DNA of 63,232 nt, the filler included, from Folioceros fuciformis (taxonomy: Eukaryota), in the NCBI GenBank assembly GCA_049999805.1. It is 28 parts of 28 records of this genome, joined end to end, with 100 filler letters (N's around TTAATTAATTAA, not from the genome) between each part and the next. Parts side by side here need not be neighbours in the genome. Positions count along the whole stretch, not along the records: positions 37,139 to 39,284 come from JBNGIO010000138.1; positions 39,385 to 40,929 come from JBNGIO010000139.1; positions 41,030 to 42,795 come from JBNGIO010000140.1; positions 42,896 to 44,210 come from JBNGIO010000141.1; positions 44,311 to 49,508 come from JBNGIO010000142.1; positions 49,609 to 51,215 come from JBNGIO010000143.1; 22 more parts are not named here. One strand, given 5' to 3'. Below are positions 37,139 to 49,866 of this stretch, piece by piece. Within the stretch, counting starts at the first letter, position 1. Each line of letters starts with the position of its first letter. The notes under the pieces were generated by a model. That model worked only from the letters and a program-made list of their open reading frames with translations, was not told the DNA's origin and ran no database searches. The position numbers were made by a program, and so were the translations under genes.

Positions 37139-39284
37139 GAACTGTACCTCTGAAGATGCAGGATGGCAAAGTGAAGTGCCTGGTAGATGTTCTTCACGTA
37201 CCCAACATCACAAAGAACTTGGTGTCAGTTGGGCAGATGGTTGAGCAAGGACTGCAGGTTAGATTTACACCTGCAGGACTCTTTGTTGAAGAGTGCAAGA
37301 AAGGCGGTCGCCTGATTGCTCAAGGACAGAAGGTTGGACGGATGTTCACCTTGAACGTGGAGGTTCCTAAGCTGAAGTCAGCCATGTTTGCGAAGGGTAC
37401 AAGGGTAGTGACAGACCTAGAGATGTGGCACAAACGCATTGGACATGTAAATGTGCAGAAGTTGAAGTCCATGCAGCATCAGAGGTTGTCACAGGCATAC
37501 CCAAGCTTACAGAAAATGGACTGCAAGGTATATGTGAAGCATGTCAACTTGGGAAACAGCCTAGGAATGAGTTCCCCCATGACAAACATGTCAGCAGATA
37601 TGTGTTGGATGTTGTGCATTCAGATGTATGGGGTCCTACATAGACTGCATCAATCGGAGGCTGCAAGTACTATGTGACCTTCATTGACGACCACACAAGG
37701 AAGGTGTGGGTCTATTTCATGAAAGAAAAAAGTGAAGTGATCACTCATTTTCATACTTTCAAGGCGATGGTTGAGAAGCAGACAGGTAGGCACATCAAAT
37801 GCCTAAGATCTGATGGAGGGGGAGAGTACTTCTCTAGAGAGTTCAGCAAATTCTTATCAGAACAGGGCATTCAACGGCAGTACTCATGTCGTTATACGCC
37901 ACAACAAAATGGAGTTGAAGAGCGCAAGAATAGGCACATAGCAGAAGTGGCGAGAGCCTTGATGACAGAGAAGAAGATGCCTCACTACTATTGGGCTGAA
38001 GCTGTAAGCACAGCAGTGTACATCATGAACAGAACTTCCACAGCAACGGTGCACAGTGTAACACCGGAGGAGAAGTTCACAGGGAAGAAACCTGACTTGT
38101 CACACTTAAAGGTATTTGGTTGCATTGCTTATGTCCATATTCCGGATGAGTTGCGGACTAAGCTTGATCCAAAAGCAGAAAAGTGTGTCTTCATTGGGTA
38201 TTCTGTTACACAGAAAGGATACATGTGTTACAATCCCAGTACACGGACTATGAGAGTAAGCAGAGACGTAGTCTTTGATGAAATGGGTAGCTGGTACTTT
38301 GAAGTAAAAGGAAGTAGTGTAGCTGATGTGCTTGAAACTGTGGTAACAAGCAATGCAAGTCAACAATCACAAGTGTTGAGTGGACCGCAAGCGTCATCAA
38401 ACTCGACAAATGTTCAGAATCCATGGAGTGGCAGGTTGCGAGGTAGTGTGAGTCCTACGAGCTCCACAGCTGTGTCTCGCAAAGGGAAGGGAAAAGTCCA
38501 GGATTCAAAGATACCAGACCTAAGTACAGGTGCGGATGATTCAAGCAACTCTGAGCAGAGCTTGGATGAGGAATTCGGTGTACCGAAAATCGAAACACCT
38601 GGTGCAAAAGAGGTTCAATCAGCCCCTGGAAGTGGTTCAATCCCACGGAGATCTGGAAGGCAGAAGGTTCCAATACAGCGGTTGACCTATGATAGCTATG
38701 TAGCTAGGCACCATGCCTATATGGCAAAGGCTGTACAGGATGTGGAACCAAGAAGCTTTGAAGAAGCTATTGGAGACACAAAGTGGGAACATGCTATGGA
38801 TGAAGAAATGAATGCGTTAAATCAGAATGCAACATGGGACCTAGTACAACTACCTGAAGGCAAGAAACCAATAGGTTGCAAATGAGTGTACAAGGTCAAA
38901 CACAACGCAGATGGTAGTATCAACAGGTACAAGGCAAGGCTTGTGGCCAAGGGATATGCCCAGACATATGGAATAGATTTTGAGGAGACGTTCAGTCCAG
39001 TTGCCAAAATGGCAACAATTCGAACCGTGATCGCACTAGCGGCATCGAAAGGTTGGGTCCTACATCATATGGATGTGAAGAATGCGTTTTTACATGGAGA
39101 ATTGCTGGAAGAAGTATACATGGACCAGCCACCAGGTTATGAGGATTTGGATCATCCAAATCATGTGTGCAAGCTGAAAAAAACGTTGTACGGACTGAAG
39201 CAAGCCCCGAGGGCTTGGCATGAGCGTCTTGCTCAGTATCTGATTCACATCGGATTCAACATGGCAGATGCGGATCATTCGTTG
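37139..39284 (+). mobile_element. Ty1/Copia GAG_pre-integrase, integrase and RT start
   Basis: [45 protein letters not shown] and [11 protein letters not shown] motifs; one frameshift and stops. Confidence 0.94.
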
Positions 39285-39384
39285 NNNNNNNNNNNNNNNN
39301 NNNNNNNNNNNNNNNNNNNNNNNNNNNNTTAATTAATTAANNNNNNNNNNNNNNNNNNNNNNNNNNNNNNNNNNNNNNNNNNNN

Positions 39385-40929
39385 GGGAACGGGACTCAAG
39401 AAAGAAGTGAAGAAAGACAGAGAGAGAAGAAACTTGGGGACAGCAAGAGCAAGAGCAAGGGCAAGGGCAAGGGTCGGCCCAACATGGCCTGGTCGCCTCC
39501 GTCGCTTGGCCTCAGTTAACACATGCACGTACGGGGGAAGAGACCAAATTTGTGTATGTGCCCATGACCCACTCCAATCCACCCCCGTCCCGTCCCATCC
39601 CATTTCGTCGTGACCCTCACCATCCGCCACATTCATGCACCATATCCCGGCTGCCGTGCCCTGCCCTGCCCTGCCCTGCCCTGCCCTGCCCTGCCCTGCC
39701 CTGCCCTGCCCTGCCCTGCCCTGCCCTGCCCTGCCCTAGGGCCGAGGAATATCCCTCCCTGGGCCTGGGCCTAGTGGTAAGGAGGACTAGGGAGGGCATT
39801 GGCGCCAGGGGGCATCGGCATCCACTTCGCTTCCCCAAGCACATTCCATTGGAACAAGGCGAGAGCGGGCCGCGACCTGGACGGCTGGACGGCTGGACGG
39901 CCCAACGAATGGACACGGGCTGGAATGGAATGAAATGCAATGGGATTGGACGCCACTGGAGCAAGACACGGGAAAAGGGTTCAAGGAAAAGAAAGAAAGA
40001 CGGAAAGAAAGACGGGCCCCCAGGGATACGGATGGATGGCATTTCCGACGGCCCTCTGCCACTCTGCCTCTTCACGACATAACAAGTGGCGTCATGCCGT
40101 GTCCTTTTTGCTAGGGCTACCTGGCGCTGCCGCCCACAATGGGCAACGTGGCGCGCGCCTCCTGGGTGCCTTCTTACACTACACTACTCTTCACTACCCT
40201 GAACCCTACCCTACCCTACCCTACTCCCACTCCACTGCCTGTACTCTGTACGCGGCGGAGGAAGGCCGAGCGCCCATGCTGCCACCACCTGCTCTGCTCT
40301 GCTCTGCACTGCAACTGCTCCTGCTCTGCTCTGCTCCAGGGGGGTGTGCCAGTACCAGACTCCATCCAGGGATGGGGCTGACATGTGATGCCATGGGATA
40401 AGCACGTCGCCTACGGCCGCTACCACTGGAACCAGTTACCAAAAAGCCCGTTTCCACATCACCCGCAACGCGGCCCCTCCGCACTGGTCACCTTGGGATA
40501 TCACTGACTGCGCACACACTCCACTCCACTCCACTCCACTCCACTCCCCTCCACTCCACTCCACTCCACTCCACTCAACTCATCTCAACTCAACTCAACT
40601 CAACTCTATCGTGCTCTTCATTCATGTCTCGCCCACTCTTTCCTCTCTCTCTCTCTCTCTCTGTACATGCATAATGTATGTCTATGTGTAGCACTTCCGG
40701 CACCCGCACTCACCTGGGCTAGGGCCCGCCTCCTTGCCGGCCTGCCTGCTTGCCTGTACGGCAACACTGCCCGGTGTGATATATCCCGAGCCCCCGTGAT
40801 ATGGATGGCCAAGCCCAGCCCACCCCAGCCCCGCCCCATCCCCAGCACCAGCCCCAGCCCCAGCCCCAGCCCCAGCCCCAGCCCCAGCCCCAGCCCCAGC
40901 CCCAGCCCCAGCCCCAGCCCCAGCCCCAG
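39385..40929. repeat. Microsatellite-rich contig: (GCCCT)n about 39657-39736, (CCACT/CAACT)n about 40517-40605, (CCCCAG)n about 40846-40929
   Basis: Read directly from the sequence. Confidence 0.93.
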
Positions 40930-41029
40930 NNNNNNNNNNNNNNNNNNNNNNNNNNNNNNNNNNNNNNNNNNNNTTAATTAATTAANNNNNNNNNNNNNNN
41001 NNNNNNNNNNNNNNNNNNNNNNNNNNNNN

Positions 41030-42795
41030 AGTGAGGAAGGATTTGCCCAATCAGCAGCAAGGAGGGAGAGCCTGAAGATTTTGTGTGGCAGGGGAAGGTA
41101 GGCCAAAAGAATAAATAGGAGGAGAGAGAGTGGCGTTGAGGTAAGCCAAGAGTGGTTGCATCTGAAAATAGTATTTAGATAAGATTTGGTAAGATGCTAT
41201 TCTGACCTGGTGCCGCCTGCCATTAAGAGCACTTTTTTTAAAAGTTGACTATTTTAGAGCTAGACTTTATGATGGGCTGTGGCTCCCGCTCTTGAAAACT
41301 CTGTACAAAAGGGGCCTATTGGTGCCTCGCTGATTAGCAAAAGTTTGAGACTCCTCCCGGTTGAGATCCCCTGCGCTGTCCATTGCGAGACTAGAGAGGT
41401 CTGGGTGAGGCAGTGAGTGCGAGACGCTCCTAGGGGTAGTTGAGGATTTTTTGCTCCACAGCTGAAAGTGAGGGGGACGAATCCACCGTTGCTGGAGTGG
41501 AAGGAGCACCTTCTTCCCTTATTCCCTAAACGGTCAGTTGTGTTTGCAGTGGAAAGTGAGGGGGATGAATCCAGCGTTGCTGGAGTGGAGGGAGAGCTTC
41601 TCCTTCCCTTATTCCCTAAGTTGGTTGACTGCATTTTTAATCTGGAGTTGAAGAGAGTGTGAGTTGAGAAGGAGAAGGAGTGTGTGAGAGAAGAGAGAGT
41701 GTGGAGAAGAAGAAGTGTTGGAGAATGCATAAGAAGAGTGAGTAAGAAGAGGAGGAGAAGGAGGCTGAGGAGTTGGAGTGAGTTGAGAAGAAGAGAGTGA
41801 GGACTGATTTTTGTCTATAGCTGAGAAGAGGGGGACGAATCCACCGCTGCTGGAGTGGAGGGAGATTTCCTCCTTCCCTTATTCCCTGAACCATCAGCTG
41901 CGTGCTAAATCTGGTGAGGAGAGAGAGCTGGAAGACTGAAGAGAACCGTGGAAGATTGCTGGAGGAGATTTGTTGAGAAATCGTTGAGAAATTGCTGGGT
42001 GATTGTTTGCTGAGGTTTGGACGAGATTGCTGGGAATTTCTTAGGAATCCTTGGATGTTTGTGGAGGACTGAGGAAGGCTACTGATGTTGCTGTAAGATT
42101 GCTGGAGACATTGTTCAAGAGCTGGAGAAAACGGTTGAGAAGATTGCAGGAGAATGGAGGAGGAATGCTGAAGAGTGGATGCGAAATCTGGAGAGTTGCT
42201 GCGAGATTCTGAGGTGTTTGTGAGCGGCTATGGAAGCCTATGGAGACCCATGAGAGATTGTAAGGGATTGTGGGGAGTTGTGAAGGATTTGTTGGAGATT
42301 GGTGGACATTGCTGAAGATTGAAGCCCTTGGGGGCAGGCCTGCGAGAATAATTGCGATCCAGAGCTCTTATGTGTGCTTTGTATGTGCGTGGAGTGTTGC
42401 ATGAGTGAGTGGGGAGGTGTGGCTGATCCGCAAAGCTTCGTTCCCCAAGGATTAGCCTTGCATGTGTGGGGAGCATGGAATAACCCAGCTCTGTGAGTCT
42501 GGAAGGTCTAGGACAGAAACCCGTGGCTGGAAACCCGTGGCGGCGCCTGCGCCTGCGCCAGAAATAATTAGTTAGGGTTTGGGGTGGGACCCACCATGGA
42601 GGTAGCCGAAGCGGCTATCGGTAGCTGAAAGACCTCAGAGGTAGCCGAAGCGGCTACCGGTAGTTGAAAGACAACGGTAGTAGTTCATTGGGGAACGAAG
42701 GGTAGCCCAGTGGGCAACCAAGAGTAGTCCAGGGGGAGGTAGTCCCTGGTGAAAAACAGGCTAGATCGTCATGCGTAGGCAGGTAGATCAGACAA
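41030..42795 (-). mobile_element. Family B-related long LTR sequence with internal repeats
   Basis: 42290-42600 aligns with 44480-44770 (GTGGACATTGCTGAAG, CCCCAAGGATTAGC, TTAGTTAGGGTTT..GTGGGACCCACC). Three copies of GGGGGACGAATCC..GCTGGAGTGGA..CTTCCCTTATTCCCT. Confidence 0.6.
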
Positions 42796-43159
42796 NNNNN
42801 NNNNNNNNNNNNNNNNNNNNNNNNNNNNNNNNNNNNNNNTTAATTAATTAANNNNNNNNNNNNNNNNNNNNNNNNNNNNNNNNNNNNNNNNNNNNGTCGA
42901 CGGACGCTAGTCCCACGAATGAGGGAGTCACTTACGCTGGGTAAAGGATTGCAAGTGTCAGAGCATCGACGTTGAGGGCAAGGACGAAAGCTAGTTGGAA
43001 TATCGGCCACAAGGTGGAATCGAATCTCAACGGAGGATTTAGGCTCGACGTGTCATCCTAAATTGTGGACAGATTAATCAGAACGAGGGTAACAAAATCT
43101 ACATTACATTTCGACGGTTTCTAACTAGCAGTTTGGTTGATTTGCATCGATTTTGAAAC

Positions 43160-44163
43160 ATGGCGTCCTCAGAAAACGTCATGTTCAATATCGAAAAGCT
43201 AGATGGTACTAACTTCTCGTTTTGGAAAGAACAAGTGTATAATGTTCTAGTACAGAAGAAGTAGATCAAGCCCATCAAGTTGTTAGGAGTGAAACCTGTT
43301 AGCATGACTCAGGATGAGTGGCAGGATCTAGATGAGCTTGCTAGGTCTACCATCATGCTAACATTGTCTAAGTCGGTCTACTTCAACGTGAAAGACAAGA
43401 CCACAAGCCACGAGCTATGGTAGAAGTTGTGTGACCTATACGAGAAGCAAAGTGCGGCTTCTCAGGTGTACTGGTTGAAACAGCTGGTGGACTTGAAGAT
43501 GAAGGAAGGGACGAGGATGTCCGATCATCTGAACGAGTTCAATACCATTTTCAGCCAGCTCTCATCTCAAGGTATCTCGTTCCCAGATTCTGTGAGAGCT
43601 ATGTTTCTGTTGGTCACATTACCAGAAAGCTGGGACACCTTTCATATAGCTCTGAGTAATTCCGCTCCTGCCAGTGGTCTTACTATTGTAAATGTAGAAG
43701 GTAGCCTGTTAACAGAGGAGGTGAACAGGAAGAATATGGAACCTTCGAAAGGTTCCAATGCCCTCATGTGAGAGGAAGGTCCACTTCAAAGGGGAAGTAC
43801 AAGGAGCGAAGTTCTTCCCGTAGTAAATCTCGTAGTCGTAACAATGTTGAGTGTTACCATTGTTACAAGTAGGGGCACATCAGGAAGGACTGCGAGAAGT
43901 TCAAGAAGGACAAAGGAAAGGAGAAGAAGCAAACCGACAACAAAGCAAGTCTGAGTACCAAGCCTAACGAGGTGAATTCTGTTGACGATGGAGATGTTCT
44001 TATCTCTTCTTCCTTCGATTCTGCACAACTGACAGCCGTGGAGAGTCAATTATTCTCTACTTGGATAATTGACTCTGGAGCATCTTTCCATGTTACTCCG
44101 CATAGGGAGTGGTTTAGCACGTATGATGCTACTAGGAAAGGATATGTACGGCTTGGAAATAAC
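43160..44163 (+). mobile_element. Ty1/Copia gag-protease (Tnt1/Tork-like), degenerate
   Basis: High similarity to 4185-5185; WIIDSGASFHVTP motif; multiple stops. Confidence 0.92.
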
Positions 44164-44310
44164 AGTTAGAATATAAGGCAGACCACGTGGTTCTGTATCA
44201 CGTTGGTTAGNNNNNNNNNNNNNNNNNNNNNNNNNNNNNNNNNNNNNNNNNNNNTTAATTAATTAANNNNNNNNNNNNNNNNNNNNNNNNNNNNNNNNNN
44301 NNNNNNNNNN

Positions 44311-44458
44311 GATCAAGTCCGACCCTCCATCCACAGCAGCAAGGAACCCCATCGCTCCTTCGTGGGAACGAAACCCAATGTCTCAACGACAGTGGGATAA
44401 GTGTGGCCACTAAAGGTGGAATCCGTCGGCAATCAGTGCCCAGGGTTTTGCCTCCACA
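44311..44458 (-). mobile_element. Family A LTR-like repeat, 5' terminus, inserted in family B
   Basis: Ends CCTCCACA at 44458. Confidence 0.9.
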
Positions 44459-45037
44459 GAAGGATTGCTGAGAAATCGCTAGAGATTTGTGGACATTGCT
44501 GAAGGATTGGAGACATTTGGAACCAAGCTTGTGAGGAATAACCGTACACCAGAGTTATGGTGTGTTTTGCATGTGTGGAGAGTATTGCATGTGTGTGTAG
44601 GAGTGTGGCTGATCTACGGGGTCTTGTTCCCCAAGGATTAGCACCTGCATGCGTGAGGGGCATCCAATAAGCCCAGATCCGTGAGTCTGGAAGCCCCTAG
44701 AGCAAAAACCCGCGGCGGCGCTTGTCCTGGAAAATATTAGTTAGGGTTTTGGGTGGGACCCACCACGATCGTGGAAGCTACTAGTGGTCGTGGAGACCAT
44801 GGCCGCGGTCGTAGAGTAGGGTCCGCGGTAGCTAGGCTAATTGGGGGTAGTGGTAGGGAGCTAGCAAGTAGTAGAAGCAGTAGGGGATAAGGTCTGACCT
44901 AGGTAAGAGTCCGTATTAGAAGAAATCGATGTTACTTGGCACAAATCATTCCCTTGGGATTGAATACCATGGCTACAATGACATAGAGGGTTTGTGTGGG
45001 CCTTGCGGTGTCCTCGAACACAACATTTTAGTCCACA
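44459..45037 (-). mobile_element. Family B LTR-like repeat, 5' terminus at 45037
   Basis: The minus strand begins TGTGGACTAAAAT, homologous to 18597 onward. Confidence 0.7.
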
Positions 45038-46849
45038 GGGAGGTCCAGAACCGCAGCAGCAAAGAACTTTCTTTCAACTTCATCATCCAGGCTCCTCATC
45101 CGTAGGTAGAGGTTGAGAAGCAACCCTCACAAACTCTTCTATGCTGAACGAATCGCAATCCATCTACGAAGTTTGTTTGGCGTTGCCCACAAGCGAAGAC
45201 TTCCTTGTTTCTCCAAATCTGTGCTTGGGCACTCCAGCTCGTTCGAGGTTTGCAACTCGCTCCATGACACAAACGACCAGGCTAGACACGAGCGGAAGAA
45301 GGCACCAGATACTGGAGAGCAGGCTTAGGGTCATCTGCAGTAGCGCATGCAAGACTTAAGACATGGCTCTATAGTCGACGAGTTCACTCTAGGTCCGGGA
45401 TCAGCAGCGAGGGGAAGTGTTGGAGAAAGATAGGTTTAGCGCCGACAGATAACCGTGACCTAATTTAGGGCACATTTCATAAACATGCTAGTTAGGTGTA
45501 GCTTAGCGGTTTGAGCAGTTAAGTAAGTTACTTAAGTTATTTACCAATTAATTGCAGTTATAACTAAATATACTTGTATCAAAAAACTCATATCAATGTT
45601 CAAAGTATCAATTCCAAATGATTCTTGTCCCGCTACACTGCGAGCCGTCGATCTGGCCAGCCTACTATCCCGAGTCAACCCGGAGCGCCCTGACCTGCCT
45701 GCTGCCGCCGCTGTCTACCTGCTGCTGACCAGCCAGCCAAACCACCGGCTTGGATCCTAGATCCTGGCTCCGGCCTGGCTCCGCCTCAGCCTGGCTTAGA
45801 TCCACCCTTGGCTAAGATCCACCCCGGATCAGCTGGAGCTAAGCCCAGAGTGCCCTCTGGCTAGCCGCCGATCTGGCCAGCCTACCCGCTGCCGGTTAGC
45901 CAACCGGCCGCCTGCTTGCATCCGCCCGCCCTAACAGCCCGCCTACCTGGCCGTGCTCCCGCCAACTTGCCTGGATCTGGCTAGTGCCTGGGTCTGCTAC
46001 CCCGGCCTGCTTGGATGCGTCGCCAGCAGCCACCACCTGGATGCCAGGCCGCTAGCAAACCTGCCTTCCTACTAGCCGCCGATCTGGCCAGCCATCACAT
46101 TCCAGCCTCCTGAGCCACCGCTTGCCTTGCCAACCCGACCTGGCTCACCGGTATGTCAGCCTAGATCGCCGTCGCCCATTTGCTAGCCAGCCAGCCAGCT
46201 ATCACCGAATCCAGCCAGCCTCCTGTCTGCTCGAATGGGCAAAACTGTCGTCGTGTAGCATGTGCGCTCCCAGATACTTCACTCATATGCATGTTTCACA
46301 AATACTTCACTCGAAGCCTAGGCCTAGTCTACCTTCCTCCTCATCTCAACATCCACAACTGCCCACCAGCCCAATATCCTAAAATGGAAAAGCCCACAAG
46401 CAATTCCTATGGCAGCATCGTAGTGACGAGCCTCCTCCTACTCCTCCGCCCCACTTCCAAAGTGCCCCAAGACACCTTGCATGGGCCAGCCTTGAAGCCC
46501 CTCTAACAAGCAAACTCGTAACAAAGCATGGGGGTCACTCAGACTTCCCGAGCCCCAACTGCCCGGCATCTCGGAATCCTGCATCCAGTACCTCAAAATG
46601 GCCACCTGCAAGCTCCCAGGAAAACCCCGGCTCGCCTTCACACGCACAGCCCTAGGGTTCTATGAACAACCAACCCAAGGAACAACCTAGCCGTTCACCT
46701 TTCGCCCACAACCACTACCTAGACCCCCATCGACCTACCTAGCCTAATTTCTCAACTACTTCCCCAACGAATTCAACCAAAACTTAAAAAAAAAAAACAA
46801 CCACTATCATTTTTCTAAGGGATCTATTTACCGTGTGGACTCCACAATA

Positions 46850-48045
46850 CCCCTCTATGTTCTTTTGGCGGATAGTCACTGGATGAATCCCATACAAAAC
46901 GCCATTGCCTATACCGTTGGAAGGCCCCACTGATGTCATGACAGGAATCAGAGCTGTTGCCTAGCTCGTCAGGCTAATGGGGCATGTCCTAGTGTAAATA
47001 GGCGTATGCAACCCCTTCCAAAGTGGGGTTTGCTATGGCCCAGGTGGGGCCATATTTAGGTGAACGAAGTGCAGAAATCTTATTCGCCACAACGGAATTT
47101 CAAGCAACTCCTTGCAATTTTGCCCACTTGGCTCAGCAATTGGTTTAGTGATTCTCAACCAGTTCCAAAAGAGCATTGAGGAAATCACAAAGAAATGACA
47201 ATGAGGCATATTTTCATTCATACCCTATAACGGTGGCCGGAAGTATGTCATTCTTTCTCGGAGTCCACCTTGTCATAATTAAAAAACAGCATGCACTGCT
47301 CAAGTCCAATTGTCATAAGTGCATTATCAAAAAATGGGCCAAAATGTATTAGTGTTAGAGGCCCTGGAAAACAAGTTCGAAGGCATTGTTAGTGCCAACC
47401 CCAGGCCGTTCTCCACAATCTCAGCAATCTCCTCTTGTTTTGCCCTAAAAGCCTCCCATTAAGAAGTCTCTTTGACCATGATGTAAGGCCTCATGCCTAC
47501 AAAGCCATTCTGTAGGTAGGAAACCCCTTTTGTTGCCTCTATCCCCATGTTCGCACCCCTCTTGTCGCTAGAACACAAACCTTGGATTGGTGTAGCCGCT
47601 ATGTCCTTATGAAATACAAATTTCAAGAACTCCAAACTGCCTTCTCTCTCCTAAAGTGGCAATGTTGAGTACTACTTACTGCGGATCAATGTCACTATTG
47701 CACAATCATGTTTCTCCTCCCAAGTTATCTTGAATTGGTGTTGGAATGATAAATTATTCAACCTCCGCACAACTGCTGTGTACATTGCTCTACCTTCTCC
47801 TTGGTAGATGGGCCATACATATGATTGGAAGTCTACACCTTGACCTGTGGTGTTGGAGTGTATGCACATCTTAGAACTTCAGCCAAAGCGTCCAGTGTAT
47901 GCGCTTCCTTGTGCTTCAAGCTCTCTGAGAAACATGAGAACATTTGATCTATGTGGTTGTAAGTGTGCCCAAGAGAATTCAAAGGAAGCCTACTTTCACT
48001 TTCTTAAAAGCCTCCATGTGTACTAACATGTTAGAAATTCCAACA
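46850..48045 (-). pseudogene. Degenerate DUF7869-like (transposase-associated) coding remnant
   Basis: AFKKVKVGFL*..LGHTYNHIDQMFSCFS resembles the FLxVGHTHEDIDQxFS motif; contains stops and frameshifts; the left boundary is approximate. Confidence 0.6.
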
Positions 48046-49357
48046 TGTTAGTGACAAAATATACCTTTAGTTAGGTATGTAACCTAGCCGTACGACAAGT
48101 CATTTAGGTTTACATATAAACACATTATTACATTACTCTTTTTTTAATTTATTATTCATTCAATGTTTGTCATGTTTCCTAAGCGCTTGCTCCAGTGTGC
48201 ACCTCAACAAAATGTCAAGCTATCTTGACAATAAGCCAGCCTTCCCATTTTTCTTATGGTGTCAGAGCCATATACGCTGGCAATTATTTTATAGATGCAA
48301 TGCCGAGGAACAGGTCTAACTACGGATCTGGAGGCAGAGGAGGTTTTGTGAAATGCTTCTCAAGGCCCGCCTGCAGATCACCTATTCGCTCGCGTGCATA
48401 CGGGCCTGGTGCTAATTTCCAATCTGACCGAGATACTGTGCATTCAGAAAGAGCTTTTTATGGGCGCAATAATAGGATTCCAACAACGTATTATACTACT
48501 GCTGTGAGACCCTGCGACACCTGTGGACACCTTTACAGACCTGATCAATCGTCTACCAGACGATCCACCCCAGCGCCAGAGCCCTGCATAAGGAGCACCG
48601 TTCCCCTGTCAAGTTCACTTGAAATTTTGGAAGGTTTACTGAATGCAACAATTCAGAGACAGGAATCATTTGGAAGGCGATTGGACTCAACAAATCTGAA
48701 GATTCACAAATTCATCATCAAATTTTCTTCCGACATCAAACAGTTGACCCACCAACTCCAGGTTTTCAATGACATTTTGCGCTCCTTTGTAGGGGAGCGC
48801 CTTGACTGATTCTTTCCTTCAGTCACTATCTAGGGATGGTGGGAGGATCTCACACTGAATTTTCCTGCCTTCCTCACATTTGCTTCCGCTGGTACAGATA
48901 GTTAGTAACCGTTTTTTCAGCTGAATCCTTCTTTGCCCTAGAAGACCCTTCAGCACGTTAGTTTTCTTTTTATTGAGTCTGCTGAAATGTCATGAAACCC
49001 TAACCGCTTACCTTTTCAGATGGTCGAGGACACCTATTCATGTCAACAAGGGACTTCTTCTTCAAATACCCTGCTACACCACATCTGCGTCGTAGGTTAG
49101 ATACCGAGTATGATGACTTAGCTTCCCCTCCACCTAGTCCTTCTGGTCCCACTCCGGATCCTCTACCAAACCCACCTAACCCTCCTGTCCCTCCTGTACC
49201 ACCTCCTCCTAATCCACCCATACCACCACCAGTACCACCAAATCCGCCTATCAATATGGCTTCTGCTTCAACACCTTCTTTTACAGCAGAGCTAAAGGAG
49301 AAAGATAGGTTCAATGGTACCCGATATGAGGTGTGGCGTGTTCGTATGATGACCAAT
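48046..49357 (+). mobile_element. Copia 5' region: short LTR (about 48046-48256), PBS TGGTGTCAGAGCC (48257), extra ORF and gag start
   Basis: TGTTAG start, Met-tRNAi-like PBS, Pro-rich lead-in and EKDRFNGTRYEVWRVRM gag N-terminus, then cut by family A. Confidence 0.8.
48300..48809 (+). CDS. Extra ORF (169 aa) between PBS and gag, unknown function
   Basis: ATG-initiated with no stops; Arg-rich N-terminus, CDTC motif and C-terminal heptad-like helix. Confidence 0.55.
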   Translation: MPRNRSNYGSGGRGGFVKCFSRPACRSPIRSRAYGPGANFQSDRDTVHSERAFYGRNNRIPTTYYTTAVRPCDTCGHLYRPDQSSTRRSTPAPEPCIRSTVPLSSSLEILEGLLNATIQRQESFGRRLDSTNLKIHKFIIKFSSDIKQLTHQLQVFNDILRSFVGERLD

Positions 49358-49508
49358 TGTGGAGGCAAAACCCCGGGCACTGATTGCCAACGGGTTCCAC
49401 CTTTAGTGGCCACACTTATCCCACTGTCGTTGAGACATTGGGTTTCGTTCCCACGAAGGAGCGATGGGGTTCCTTGCTGCTGTGGATGGAGGGTCGGACT
49501 TGATCGAC
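49358..49508 (+). mobile_element. Family A LTR-like repeat, 5' terminus, inserted in Copia gag
   Basis: Begins TGTGGAGG right after the codons for MMTN. Confidence 0.9.
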
Positions 49509-49866
49509 NNNNNNNNNNNNNNNNNNNNNNNNNNNNNNNNNNNNNNNNNNNNTTAATTAATTAANNNNNNNNNNNNNNNNNNNNNNNNNNNNNNNNNNNN
49601 NNNNNNNNACCTATCTCTTGGAGGCCCCACACCTGCTGCATTTACAGACAACCAAGTAGGCGAACTCTGCCCACAGGTGAAGATCGAGCCCGTCTCCACG
49701 GCAAATTGACCGGCATCTCCGGACCCCTTGTTTTTTCATTCACCTGCCACACTAACAGCCCATGATGAGGACTCAACTTGATGTACTATGACCACAACTC
49801 ACGGAGACGTGGTGAATGAGCTTATACAACCCTTCAACTCACTTTCGCTTGATGCCACCGGCTACC

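Noticed and set aside
39552-40981. PCPAL-, GQGRA- and SP-repeat proteins in the ORF track
   Set aside because: These are translations of microsatellites.
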